A stretch of 64,000 nt of DNA from Balanoglossus misakiensis (Eukaryota > Animalia > Hemichordata), in the NCBI GenBank assembly GCA_040954595.2, contig CM082579.2:8111625-8175624 (forward strand), read 5' to 3'. The translations under genes and the position numbers were made by a program. Below, one piece after another: positions 62,938 to 64,000 of this stretch; positions within the stretch are counted from its first letter, which is position 1; each line of letters opens with the position of its first letter. The notes below the pieces were generated by a model that saw only the letters and a program-made list of their open reading frames with translations, ran no database searches and was not told the DNA's origin.

Positions 62938-64000
62938 TCGATGAATTCAGTCTCGGATCTCGCTGTACTGTCCAACTCAGAAGTGCACTGCGACCTATTT
63001 ACACTCGCTTCATGGTGGTTGGTTTCAAGTGATTTGCCCCAATCCTCAGGATGTTCAAGGTCTACGAACGTTTGGGTTCAGACGATGTCTATGTCAATAG
63101 TTAACATGGGTGAATCAGAATGTGTGAACCACTAAAATTGCACAACCTCCAATGACCAAAAAAGGTCAAAGATTTGATATGATTTCATTTTGTCTTCAGT
63201 GCAGTAACACAACGTAGGCTAGCTGCATCTCATGAAAGGATTGTTCGTATGGCCAGCCCTGAACATAACCAATCTCTGGCTTTTGCATAATTTTCCACTC
63301 GAACATGTAAACTTGGATTCAGTGAAACCAGCAGGCCAAGAATTACATGTACCAAGTTTTATTTCATTTACAGTCAGTTTCAAGTGTTTGGAATGAAAAA
63401 TACCTTTCCAGTAGAAACATTCTTTGCCTTCAAGTACTGCATGTCACAGGTGTTAGTGGCAGGCTGTAGGACATTCATGGTCTCAATATGTAATGCCAAC
63501 CAGACTAGTATGTAGAAGGGATTTTTTTTGAGGCCTGCATCCCCTCCTGGAATGCATCTGGACGAGTGTGCTGAAAGAATCCTTTTAATGAGATGTGATA
63601 ACTTGTTTGCAGTGTAGATTTTTTTAGCACAATTATGGTGAAAGATTTTATGTTGTGTACCAGTACACTTGTGAGCAGTCTATCAACTTTTACAAGAGTT
63701 GATGTTTCAAGTAATAAAAGTTTTAATTTTTAAATAAATGCTTGTTGGAACTTTTTGCATGCTTTTTCCGGTTCTAACTGATGTCAGTCTAGAGCAATAC
63801 GCAAATTGTAGATGACACATCACTCCAATTTGTGCAAATGCTGGCAACATGGAAAATCAGCAGTAATGAGAACAGGAACCACAACCACACACCATGGCTT
63901 TTGGTCTTTTTGATTTTTTTTAATCCACTCTTACAACTATGAGAAACTACACGTTAAAACAGTCACTGAACAGCAACAGAGAAATGGGAGAGAAAAAAAA

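Noticed and set aside
62938-63135. In-frame ORF after the AKAP17A TGA, suggesting readthrough
   Set aside because: The TGA-T context is not the leaky TGA-C type, and the extension is not RS-rich or otherwise protein-like.

Overview
Gene-dense, intron-rich metazoan genomic DNA, probably an invertebrate deuterostome because exon phases match vertebrate orthologues; the species cannot be determined from sequence alone. The ORF track is mostly noise because the genes are spliced. Manual exon assembly gives eight genes in strictly alternating orientation, forming four head-to-head pairs: proteolipid M6/DM20-like A (-, 3' end outside the window) / M6-like B (+); OFD1 (-) / KIF4 (+); TXNDC9 (-) / IDS (+); RARS1 (-) / AKAP17A (+). 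The most interesting signal is a divergent pair of highly diverged myelin-proteolipid-family paralogues. They keep the PLP1/DM20 exon architecture (4-nt first coding exon), carry a cluster of RFX X-boxes, and sit tail-to-tail with the ciliary gene OFD1 as GPM6B does in human. Also present: tiny DNA-transposon MITEs (one two-copy palindromic family with 8-9 bp TSDs), a tRNA/CORE-type SINE, microsatellites, a GC-AG intron, strand-polarised intronic G-runs and back-to-back poly(A) signals. No rRNA, intact tRNA or CRISPR array was seen.
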